Shown here: positions 51,566 to 61,207 of the stretch, piece after piece
How positions within the stretch are numbered: position 1 is the first letter of the stretch
Layout: each line of letters opens with the position of its first letter
Assembly: GCA_009859145.1 (NCBI GenBank)
Contig: VRVR01000038.1
Coordinates: 1 to 64,000 of the forward strand
Direction of reading: 5' to 3'
DNA: 64,000 bases
Origin: Andalucia godoyi And28
Lineage: Eukaryota > Protista > Jakobida
Notes under the pieces: generated by a model
Databases searched by the model: none
Told to the model about the DNA's origin: nothing
Seen by the model: only the letters and a program-made list of their open reading frames with translations
Program-made: the position numbers and the translations under genes

Positions 51566-51947
51566 TCTTCTCTCCCTGTCTTTGTCCAATTTGTTGTTGT
51601 TGTTCCTGATGTTGCTGTCGTTGATGTTGATTTGTTTGTTTGTGTGACTTTTCTCGCAACCATACCCACCGCTTGGACACCACGCTGAGAAACACAAACT
51701 GCACGATTCCCTTCATGTTCGTTTTATTATTACTATTGTTTTTGATGTTGTTGTTATTTTTGTTTTGGACCGAAGGAAAAGGAACGAATGTACGATAGCC
51801 ATTGCACGATAGCAAGACGAAAGTCCCATGCTGTGCGTTTGGAGCTTGGGTGCTGTGGACTGGCCGAATTGCCTAATGCATGTGAGAGTGTAGGAGGAAT
51901 GTGACTGTGAGCGAGAGAGGGTCTCAGAGAAAGAGGGCGAGAGGAAG

Positions 51948-52889
51948 ATGACAGGCGGAGAAGGCGGAAAGGTGTATCAGCAGTTTGTAGCCGGGACGTT
52001 TGGTGGAGCTGGGCTTGTGATTGCTGGATATCCGATGGACACCATCAAGGTTCGGCTGCAGACGACGGTTGCTGCTCCGGCTGGAGGTGGAGGTGGATTG
52101 AGTGCGCCTGTGTTCCGGGGTCCGATGGACTGCTTGGTCCGGACTGTGCGGCATGAGGGCTTCCGAGGGCTGTACAAGGGCGTGTCGTCTCCGCTTGGCG
52201 GGGTGCCGTGGATGTACACAATCTCGTTTGGGTCGTGGGGTGCTGCGCAGAAGATGCTTGAAAAGCCGGGCGAAAAGAACTTGTCGCTGTTCAGAGTGAG
52301 CCTGGCCGGAGCGATCTCGGGTGTTGCGACAACCGTGGTGACTACTCCTGTGGAGCTTCTTAAGATCCGGCTGCAGACGCAGTACTCGGCGGGCACGATC
52401 GGGGATGTGGCGAACTACAAGCCGAAGTACAACGGACTGCTGGACTGCGCGGTCAAGTCGTACCGTGAACATGGAATCCGAAAGGGCCTTTTCCGTGGGT
52501 TCAACTCGGTGCTGCTGCGAGACGTTCCGGGGTCCTTCTTTTACTTTGGAGCATACGTGTATGCGAAACGTGCGCTGGTGCCCGTTTGCGGGGTCCAGTC
52601 CGAGTCGGAGCTGCCGATGTGGGCACAGCTGTTCGCGGGTGGATTCGGTGGGGTTGCTGCGTGGGCTACGTGCTTGCCGCTGGATGCGATCAAAACACGC
52701 ATTCAGCATGATACCGAAGGAAAGTACAAGGGCGTCATGGACGCATTTGGCCAGGCAATCAAGGAAGGCGGCGTCAAGGGTCTGTACCGCGGGGTTGGCC
52801 CCATCTTCTTGCGAGCATTCATCGCAGACGCAGTGTGCTTCTTCTGCTATGAGGTTGCAATGAAGGTTCTGAAGAAGGTGGACCCGTAA
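51948..52889 (+). CDS. Mitochondrial carrier, carnitine/acylcarnitine or basic amino acid type (SLC25A20/29-like)
   Basis: Three PxD/ExxKxRxQ repeats (YPMDTIKVRLQ, TPVELLKIRLQ, LPLDAIKTRIQ); GLYKG..PL, RDVPG, FLRAF. Confidence 0.9.
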   Translation: MTGGEGGKVYQQFVAGTFGGAGLVIAGYPMDTIKVRLQTTVAAPAGGGGGLSAPVFRGPMDCLVRTVRHEGFRGLYKGVSSPLGGVPWMYTISFGSWGAAQKMLEKPGEKNLSLFRVSLAGAISGVATTVVTTPVELLKIRLQTQYSAGTIGDVANYKPKYNGLLDCAVKSYREHGIRKGLFRGFNSVLLRDVPGSFFYFGAYVYAKRALVPVCGVQSESELPMWAQLFAGGFGGVAAWATCLPLDAIKTRIQHDTEGKYKGVMDAFGQAIKEGGVKGLYRGVGPIFLRAFIADAVCFFCYEVAMKVLKKVDP

Positions 52890-53115
52890 GGCGTGATCCA
52901 TCTGCTCTCTCGCGTCAGAAATTGTAAGGTGAAGATCCCAATCCAATTGATTATTCCTTTTGCTATTCTATTACCATTATTACTGTTTTGTTGCTTCTTA
53001 TTTCTTGTTTGCTGTATGGATTATTGGCTGTCCTTGTAGAGAAAACATGCTTCTTGGGTGGGTGGTGGGAATCACAATGTTGGCAATGGAGACTGCTGAC
53101 ACGGGGGGGGGGGGT

Positions 53116-54990
53116 TCATGCAGAACAGGACTCGCACAGCGCTGCAAGCTCATTCAGCGACTCCTTCATGCACTCTGCAAAAAAGTCCGATCGTAAATTA
53201 CGAGACGAGACGTGGAAGAGCAGCTCGTGGCTTCGCACACAGTAGCAAACACCATAGCCGTCCGGGACGACAGCGCCAAACCCGGCAACAAACCACTCGG
53301 AAGTCATGTTCGATGTGGAAAGGGTCCAGTACGACGACCTCTTGAACAACGGGTCCTGGAAGACCGGATGCAGAGGGATATTACGCTCCCCAGCAATCAG
53401 CCGCATACCCACAAAATGCCGATCCACGCCCTGCGCGGCACTGGCGTCCTTCATGATGGCCGAGTGACGCATGCACGCCACATGAAAGAGCTCGTGCTTG
53501 GTAGACTTGGTGACATTGCCTGTGCTGTCCAAAAACGCTTCGATAAACGCCTTCATTTCGGGAGTGGCAGTTCTGCCGGTCTCGGTGCGACCGAAACCGT
53601 AGGTCCTCGTTTGGGCAGACTCGTAGCAAGGCGACATACGGCCCCAGATCTTGTAGTACGACATGTGGATTGCAGCCTGGAAAAAGGCATCCGGGGAGAC
53701 CTTCCATGTCTTGATTGTTTCCTTTCCAAACGTGTTGAAACGCACAGGAGACAGAGAATGCTCGCGGACGATTTTAACGAGGTTGCGATGCGCACGTTGA
53801 ATCCCCTCGCGCATGGTATCATCCAAGCTGAACTCCAAAAATCGAAACCTGTTTGGGATCGACGCGTCTGTCAACGGAGTTTCGTGGTTCACGGGTAGAA
53901 ACAGCTTCGATCGTGCATAGGAACGCGTCCGTGCACAGGCATAGTCGACGCAGCCCATTGCAACGGTTCCATCCATTCCAGTATGTTCCCCAAGATAGCC
54001 CGCCTGGCCATCCGGAAACACAATAAAGTGCATCGACTTGTCAAAGAATCGATTGCGTCCATCCGCATGCCACAACTCGTGATCGTACGTCGCGATATCT
54101 CGTGGCGACTGTTCTTCCAAACACACAACAAACGATGCCGACCCAATCTCGAGCAGCGATTTTGCATTCAGGGGCGACAAGCCTTCGAGATGCTGATGCA
54201 GAACGGCCCACGTATCTCGATGCTCTGTTGTCAACACTCCAATGGAGCTGTCGCGGTTCTCAGGCAGCGCACGAGAAGCTTCCCAGATGCGCGCAAGCTG
54301 CAGATGAATTTCCTCGAGAGTAAACAAGCGTCCATCCGGATGCACGATCTCCATGCGATAAAAGTATCCTTTCACACTCACAATGACGTGATTGTACTTT
54401 CGGTAGTTGAAAATCTGCATTTGATCCCGCGATGTAACAGGAAGCCTCACAGTGTTGAACATGTACTTGAACATATCCATGCAAATCGGGGTTTTTCCTC
54501 CAACCGTATCGCACGGGATAGCGCCAGCCAAAAACTGCTGCTTGTACTCGGCCACTGCAAGGGTCAATTGCGCCGCGCGTTCCAACATTGCAATTCCTGG
54601 AATCGCGTCAAACGAGAAGAAGTACGAAACATTCAGCACTAACGGATCCCGATAGTCCACATACGCCCATTGCAGCCACCATTCTGAAAGCCACGAAGTC
54701 GAGCTTGCAGCTGCCCTCTCCTGCAGAAGCTTCGTCAAGAGCTCGCCCTGTCCACCGGGCTTCGCAAAGTCCATCAGCAGAGCCCTCGTTCTCTGGAACT
54801 CCTCCTCGGTTGAAATTCCACGCAGCGATCGAAGAAACCGGTCAACCGACTCGTCCAATGACGGAACAGGAAGCTTCGGCAGCGAAAGCTGGTTCGAAAG
54901 CATCTTGGACCCAGAGACCGGAAACGGCGCAATCGTGGTGAACGGAAGAGTCCGTGTCACAGAGTCCTTGTCGTCCCAGAATCCTGACAT
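53116..54990 (-). CDS. Carnitine O-acyltransferase (CRAT/CPT family)
   Basis: LPKLPVPSL, WLSEWW, PLVLNVS, ICMDMF, NRFFDKS, EHTGMDG, YESAQTRTYGFGRTE, GVDRH, LSTSN, GFGAVVPDGYGVCY. Confidence 0.93.
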   Translation of the reverse strand: MSGFWDDKDSVTRTLPFTTIAPFPVSGSKMLSNQLSLPKLPVPSLDESVDRFLRSLRGISTEEEFQRTRALLMDFAKPGGQGELLTKLLQERAAASSTSWLSEWWLQWAYVDYRDPLVLNVSYFFSFDAIPGIAMLERAAQLTLAVAEYKQQFLAGAIPCDTVGGKTPICMDMFKYMFNTVRLPVTSRDQMQIFNYRKYNHVIVSVKGYFYRMEIVHPDGRLFTLEEIHLQLARIWEASRALPENRDSSIGVLTTEHRDTWAVLHQHLEGLSPLNAKSLLEIGSASFVVCLEEQSPRDIATYDHELWHADGRNRFFDKSMHFIVFPDGQAGYLGEHTGMDGTVAMGCVDYACARTRSYARSKLFLPVNHETPLTDASIPNRFRFLEFSLDDTMREGIQRAHRNLVKIVREHSLSPVRFNTFGKETIKTWKVSPDAFFQAAIHMSYYKIWGRMSPCYESAQTRTYGFGRTETGRTATPEMKAFIEAFLDSTGNVTKSTKHELFHVACMRHSAIMKDASAAQGVDRHFVGMRLIAGERNIPLHPVFQDPLFKRSSYWTLSTSNMTSEWFVAGFGAVVPDGYGVCYCVRSHELLFHVSSRNLRSDFFAECMKESLNELAALCESCSA

Positions 54991-55485
54991 CTCCTCTCGT
55001 GCTTTCGCTACCCCACACTGTCCGTCTCAACAACAACAACAGTAATAACAATAACAACAAACGGAAAACGGAAAACGGAAAACCGAGGAGAAAATGACTC
55101 GTCGAAAATAGACGAAAAGAGAAAAGAGAAGAGAGAAAATAAATAGTGAGCGCGTGTGTTCATTCGAGAAGACACCAGAATTGATGTAGGTACGTATTTT
55201 TAAAAAGAAAGCACGGACGGACTTGAGACTACCGCTTTGTCGACATTGCTGGATCTGACAATGCTGTGGATGAATCGTGTCTTGCGCACTACGGAAATGT
55301 TCTCGATTTCTGTACCAGCGGAGAAGGATGTGCAGTATATCATACAACAGAAGAAGAAGAAAAAAGAGGACGACGACGACAACAACAGCAACAACTACAG
55401 CAACAACTACAGCAACAACTACAACAACAAGAAGAAGAAGATGCTCATTTATCAGATGTACTGTGCTCGTGTTTTGTACTGTACG

Positions 55486-57345
55486 CTATCGCTTCTTGTT
55501 CTTCTTTGTCTTTTTTGAACTGGTATTCCCGATGCCCGAGTCTTCTGCCGATGTCTCGGCTTCCCCTACTTCCGCTTCCTCTACTGCCATTTCCGCCGCG
55601 TTATCAGTAGCGACATCCTGGTGATGTTTGCTTTCCGTTTCTCCTATTGAAAGAACATCAACAGATGGCTGATCCACGCTTCCCGTCGTCATCACATCCG
55701 ACACGACATCATCTCCACGCGCATCCTCTTGCACTGCAAGCATGGTGGGCTCGGCGTCCGATGTTTCGGCTTCCAACCGATGCTCATCTGACCGATCCTC
55801 TGAAGGATGCTCAGCATCAGAAATCGGTGCAACCTCCGTTTCTCCGTCCACAGGTCGCACCTCGGGCAGCGACTCGGCATGCGGTTCGACATTCTGCGGT
55901 TCAACCGTGGCATCCTGCAATACGCCAGCTTCGATCTTCGGAGAATCCTCTTCAAACGTATCCTTTAGATCGGAAGATTGAACGCTCTCTGCAACTCCGC
56001 TGCTCACAAGCAAAGCACCCTCCTGAACCACGGGCGACTCGACGTGGGTATAGGACACATCTGGGCTTGCTAGAGCAGGCACGATTCCAAGTTCGTGCGC
56101 ATCGTCGTTCTCAGCGTCCTCGAAATCTCTGCGATTCTGTTCATTTTGTGCAAGAAGGGCTTCCACCTCGGCTGTGTTGCTCGGCATCGTCGCACTGCTG
56201 TCTGTATTGGAAGCCGCTGATCCATCCAAGAAATCATCCACACTCGTTTCAAGCACCCTGCTGGAAATCGGCGACAAGGCGCCAGCCGATGAGGTCGGTG
56301 TTCCAACGATCATGTAGCCCAGCGTAATTGCCGGAACAGGTCCAAGGCCATCTCGAGCATCTTCGGGAAGCAGTGCGCTCAAATGCTCAATCTGAGATCG
56401 AAGCTTCTCCAGGCGTCCCAGTGCGCTCTGCACCTGAGTCGAAATATCAAAAAACAGCTTTGCAGGCTCCACAGCTCGCCTTGCTTCCCGAGCCCTGTCC
56501 ACAGTCCGGTCCGCAGAATCCTTGAGCAGCCCCTCCATCATCCTCACCTTGCGCGACACCAAATCCTGGTTCGCCGCAATGGTCCTGCTCGTTGATCGGA
56601 AATACTCGTGCAGCGTCACCGTGATCGAATCGGCAGACCGAACATCGAGTCTCAACTCATGGATGCCGCCCTCCGATGAAACGGATTTAGAGCCCCAGAA
56701 TTTGAGCTTTTCCTTCCAATCCGAAGACTTTTCCTTGAGCAACGACTCGAATCGGGGAAGAGAATTCAGCGTGAGGATCGCTGGATCAATCAGAACTGCA
56801 TCATCCCCCGACCCACCGTGGGAAACAATTACAATGTCATCATTCTCGTCCTCCGCGGTCTTGGCAGTCATCGACGTTGTCGAACTCGCACTCGGCGACT
56901 TCCGACTTGTCATCCTACTCATAAGCGACTTTTTGGACGCAGACGTCTCCTTGTCGCTGTTCGAAACAACACTTGCACTCGTCGGAGAATCCGCATGCTG
57001 GCTCTGGTCACTACTGCCTTGGGTCTGGCTCGATACATACGCATCTCCAGATGGCTGATGAGGTGACGCAGCGGCCACAGGGGTCGATGGACCTTGTGCA
57101 GGTGATTTGGCAGACTTTGCGCCTTTCGATCCTTCTTGACCCTATTTATACACATCCAATATGTATACATGCACATATACACATATATAATGGTTGTTTT
57201 CGTTGTTTGTTTGTTTTTTAAGTACGAAATCAAAAAGTTAATATTGCCTCTTCTTGATTAGAAACACCGCAGTCCAAGAACCAATAGGCGCTGTATGGAC
57301 TCGCAATGATCATGGATGCGGAATAAAAAGAGACCTTCATACCAT
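55486..57345 (-). CDS. BORCS5: BORCS5/myrlysin-like protein with long acidic tail: complement join(57343..57345,55486..57141)
   Basis: LPRFESLL..TIAANQDLVSRKVRMME..LSALLPED resembles BORCS5. An ATG|GTATGA donor and TAG|GGT acceptor (201-nt intron) give the N-terminus MGQEGSK. Confidence 0.7.
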
Positions 57346-57555
57346 TTCTCGTCTGTTCCGTGTTGCTTTCTGCTGCCTTTTTTGTTTTTAAGTCTTCTGT
57401 TGCGTTGTGCTGTGTTGACTTTGGCTTGGATGTAGTGTAGTCAGACAAACGAACGCAGAGAAAGAATGCAAAGGAAAAAAAGAAGCAACGAAATCCCCAA
57501 AAACTTTCCAGAAAGGCAGAGCGCTTCTCAAGCAGTAGTCGTGCTCAAGCAAAGG

Positions 57556-57728
57556 CCGCTGTCACTTATTGCGGTATGATGAAGGAATCTAAAGCGCACG
57601 TAAACAAAAACACTGCCACGCGCCATGCGCATGCGCATGTGTTTGCTATCTTCACAGCTCCGTCCACACGATGCCCGATTCGTTTCGTCCCATTTTGGTC
57701 ATGAAATCCCTATATAAATACGCCGCCG
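57556..57728 (-). mobile_element. Dispersed ~170-bp structured repeat, family E copy 2
   Basis: Aligns to 14206-14374. Hairpin CATGCGC-AT-GCGCATG; minus frame FHDQNGTKRIGHR. Confidence 0.5.
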
Positions 57729-58083
57729 TGTTGCATTCTCGCACAGCGACGCTCATTTCATTTTCTTATTCTTATTGTCCATGCAACGCACGGTGTATAT
57801 ACGTCACGTCCGCAACGCCCGCGCAAGAGTCGTGATGGCACAGTCGTAGTTGAAACGGCTGTAGTCCGGCCTGACAGATGCGGACATTTGGTGTACAATG
57901 CAGGCGTGCAGGACTTTTTCGTTTTGTTTGCTATTTAAATGAATGTATTTGAGTTGCGCTCAGCATACCTTTGTAGTTGGAAATTTGCTCCATAATCAAG
58001 ACAACAGGAAAAATCGCGAGGTTCATAAAGGAGAGGGTTTAGTTATTTTCATTATTTTTAAATATATTTTTTTGAATTAGGAA

Positions 58084-58986
58084 ATGCCTGTTCGCGTAGC
58101 GGACGGGTCGATTGATATTGGGCAATCTCGGTATGCTTTGCCTCTTCCTTCGTCGACTGGGTCGATATCCGTGGCTTCGAATGCACAAGAGAGTGCATCG
58201 ACTGCATCTCGGGCGGGGTTCTTCGTCTTCTTCTCTCCCACGCGTTGGTTTGGGTGGCTGAAAGAGCACCCGAGGGTTTCCGTGACTGGCCTTGCCGTGT
58301 GTGGAGCAGCGTACATTGGGTACAAAAGTTTCCAATTGTTCGCACTCATCCGGCTTGTACGATACTACAGAAGGCTATACCTTCCCTCCTTGACGGGACA
58401 TTCCTCAAGATCGTCTGTGGGTCCGTCCGGGAGCTCATCGCCACTCGCGGGAGATTCATGGGATCGTCAACCTCCGGTCCGCGGAGCGTCTTCGTATTCG
58501 TCTACGTTTCGATTTTCCACGCATTTCTTCCCTGACGTGTGCTCCAAGCTCGGCGTATCCGAGATGAGGAAGGCCACGGCCAGTGGTGCTGCAAAAGAGG
58601 AGGCGATAGGTGGTGGACCGGCAGGAGATGCAGAATTGCGTAGCCAGAAAGAGGAATTGAAAAGGCAGTTTCTGGTGGACATGGCCAAAGGGATTTTGGT
58701 TCATCCACGTACGCAGCGGGTGGTGGTTTCTGCATCGGATGCACTCGATGCAATGGCGTACGAACGGGCCGAGCTTGTGAATGGGATTGCGAGAATATCA
58801 TGGGAGGCAGCAGCTCCTTGGCGAAGATGGATTGCCGGGTGGATTGGCGAAGGCGTCTCGCTTACACACTCGGTAAAGGTCGGGACGACCAGCGCAGTAT
58901 TGTTTGTGGAGCGACTGAAGGACATTGGGCGGCACTTGGATGTTCTCATTGAAGTCGTTGCAGAGATCAAGGCTTCCCGCAGGTAG
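58084..58986 (+). CDS. Hypothetical membrane-anchored protein (weakly PEX3-like N-terminal anchor)
   Basis: 300-aa ORF; WLKEHPRVSVTGLAVCGAAYIGYK anchor segment. Confidence 0.55.
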   Translation: MPVRVADGSIDIGQSRYALPLPSSTGSISVASNAQESASTASRAGFFVFFSPTRWFGWLKEHPRVSVTGLAVCGAAYIGYKSFQLFALIRLVRYYRRLYLPSLTGHSSRSSVGPSGSSSPLAGDSWDRQPPVRGASSYSSTFRFSTHFFPDVCSKLGVSEMRKATASGAAKEEAIGGGPAGDAELRSQKEELKRQFLVDMAKGILVHPRTQRVVVSASDALDAMAYERAELVNGIARISWEAAAPWRRWIAGWIGEGVSLTHSVKVGTTSAVLFVERLKDIGRHLDVLIEVVAEIKASRR

Positions 58987-59155
58987 CAGTGGCCTCTGTT
59001 CTGACGCTTGGCGGCGGCTGCGCTGCATGGCTCGCCATGTTTGTAACTTCGTTTGCGTTTACACCTTACCTAACTATTCTATATAAGTTCCTGCACAATT
59101 CTATGTATGTGTGTGTGTGTGTGTGTGTTCAGCACTCCATGATTCTGTTCTTCAA

Positions 59156-60268
59156 CTACAAGTCAGCAAACTCTTCGGAAGAAGACTGCTCCATCAAAAT
59201 CGGTCCCGGTTGCATCCAGGCCTGGTACGCTACACGAGCGCAAAAAATGACAAAAACGATCACCAGAATCACTCGTATGGTGACAACTGGTCCCTCGGTG
59301 GATTTTTTTGCAGAGCCCTGGAGGTTCTTGGGATCCTTTGCGGCAGACGGAGCGGCAGCCGCACCGTGCAATGGCTTGCGGAGATTCGACAAGTCCACAT
59401 CTGCATCGTCGTCATCAATGTCATCCTTTCGGCTCTCCAGTTCTGGAATGCAGCGGTCCACCCCAGCAATGCACCGCTCGACAAGAGAACCCTCTGAATC
59501 AGACAGAGTAAGTAGCTTCAGGGGCGCTGCGTCGTTCGAGGAAACATGCAGCACAAACGCAGCTCCGGGAAACGGCAGTTTGGATCCATCAAGGTCCAGC
59601 GCATCGAGTATTTCCGAAGAAGCGCTGATGAGTTCCGATGCATCCTCCGGCAACTCGGGCGTATCCGAAACAATCAGGAGCACTCCACACGCACTGCACA
59701 GCACGCAATTGTTCTCCTGCACAGAAAGAATAAACGGACAGTTTGAAACCAGCCTCAACAACAGATCGCATTGCTGCATCGGCGACGCGGCACTTCTTCT
59801 GCCCTCGCCATCCTCCTTGGCCGCAGCCTTCGCCGCACGGTCCATCACTTGATGAATCAGCGGGTGCTTCTGTCGGACTGACTTCTGCAGCCCCCTGTGC
59901 ACACACTTCAAGTTTTTTTCAAACTCTATGCGTTGCGAAGCCCGCGGGTTCAGCCCGGCAAGAAACATCGCCGCAAGATCCTCCACATCCGACACAGTCG
60001 ACCACTGAAAGCGAACGTCCGTGTCCGTGACCCTTGCAATCCCACCCGCAAACTGCAGCACCGGTTCAAACCAGTACGCAACCGCATCCTTTACAAACGC
60101 CGCTTCCGCACCAGCCGCGCTGAATTCACCCTTCTTTTTGCAATATTCCGCAATGTCTGCAAACGACACAACACACTCACATCGCCCTTGCGAAAGACTC
60201 GACAGCGCAGTCACAGACATGTACTCGCGCGCAAACAGCGTCGACACTGCAGACCAACTCAGCGACAT
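59156..60268 (-). CDS. Hypothetical protein with Cys cluster and C-terminal TM segment
   Basis: ORF from ATG 60268; NCPF..CVLCSACG; VVTIRVILVIVFVIFCA near the C-terminus. Confidence 0.6.
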   Translation of the reverse strand: MSLSWSAVSTLFAREYMSVTALSSLSQGRCECVVSFADIAEYCKKKGEFSAAGAEAAFVKDAVAYWFEPVLQFAGGIARVTDTDVRFQWSTVSDVEDLAAMFLAGLNPRASQRIEFEKNLKCVHRGLQKSVRQKHPLIHQVMDRAAKAAAKEDGEGRRSAASPMQQCDLLLRLVSNCPFILSVQENNCVLCSACGVLLIVSDTPELPEDASELISASSEILDALDLDGSKLPFPGAAFVLHVSSNDAAPLKLLTLSDSEGSLVERCIAGVDRCIPELESRKDDIDDDDADVDLSNLRKPLHGAAAAPSAAKDPKNLQGSAKKSTEGPVVTIRVILVIVFVIFCARVAYQAWMQPGPILMEQSSSEEFADL

Positions 60269-60397
60269 GTCTTTTTCACCCTCCTCCTTTTTCTTCTCTC
60301 TGCTCACTCCTCCTGCACACCTATGTCTTTTTCACCTTGAGTCCGCAACGCACAAACAAAACCGAAAATGAAGAAACAACACAAGAAAAGGAAAAAC

Positions 60398-60442
<45 letters not shown>

Positions 60443-60446
60443 GTAC

Positions 60447-60489
<43 letters not shown>

Positions 60490-61207
60490 TCAATCATCGT
60501 CACTCAAAAAAGACTCCACACATCAACAGACATCAAAATAATATATATACGGTATATAAAAGACGGAAAAGGATCACAAAGCCCTACCCTAAAGATTTTT
60601 TGTATTGTGCGCAGCGTCCTCCTTTCTCTACTGTGCTCCTCCATGAGTCCTCGAAAAGAGGAGAGAGAATAAACAAACCATCAAAAAGGGCTCTCTAAAT
60701 CATAATAAAATATCAAAGTATTACTATTTAAAAAAACACCGCAGAGCTTTGGTTTCGTATTGGTTTTTCGATTTTTCCAACTCTTTTCCATTTATTAATG
60801 CTTTGATTATTTTTTTTCCCATTGTTTTTCTTATATATATATATATACATTATATATTATATATTATATATTATATATTTTTTTTTGTTTTTTGTAATTG
60901 TTTGGAAGTTGTAGCTCTGGTTGGGATTCTTTTGTCTTGGGGGTCTCGCATTTTATCGAGGTGCGCTTTTGTATCGCTTTCGGTAAAGAGAAAGTCGGCG
61001 TTTTGGCGGATTGGTGGCGCCGGTCTGTACATTGTGCATACATATATACATCTACGTTATTTGCGGTTTGCTTTTGCTTTTGCTATCTGCATCGTAAGGG
61101 GCGTTTCTGTCAGTGTTGTGGTTTGTAGTGAAGCGGTGTTGTTGTCGTTGGGTTGTCTGTTTTGTTTTTTGAGGGGGGTTTCAATAGGCCGATGAGCGGG
61201 TCGCGAC

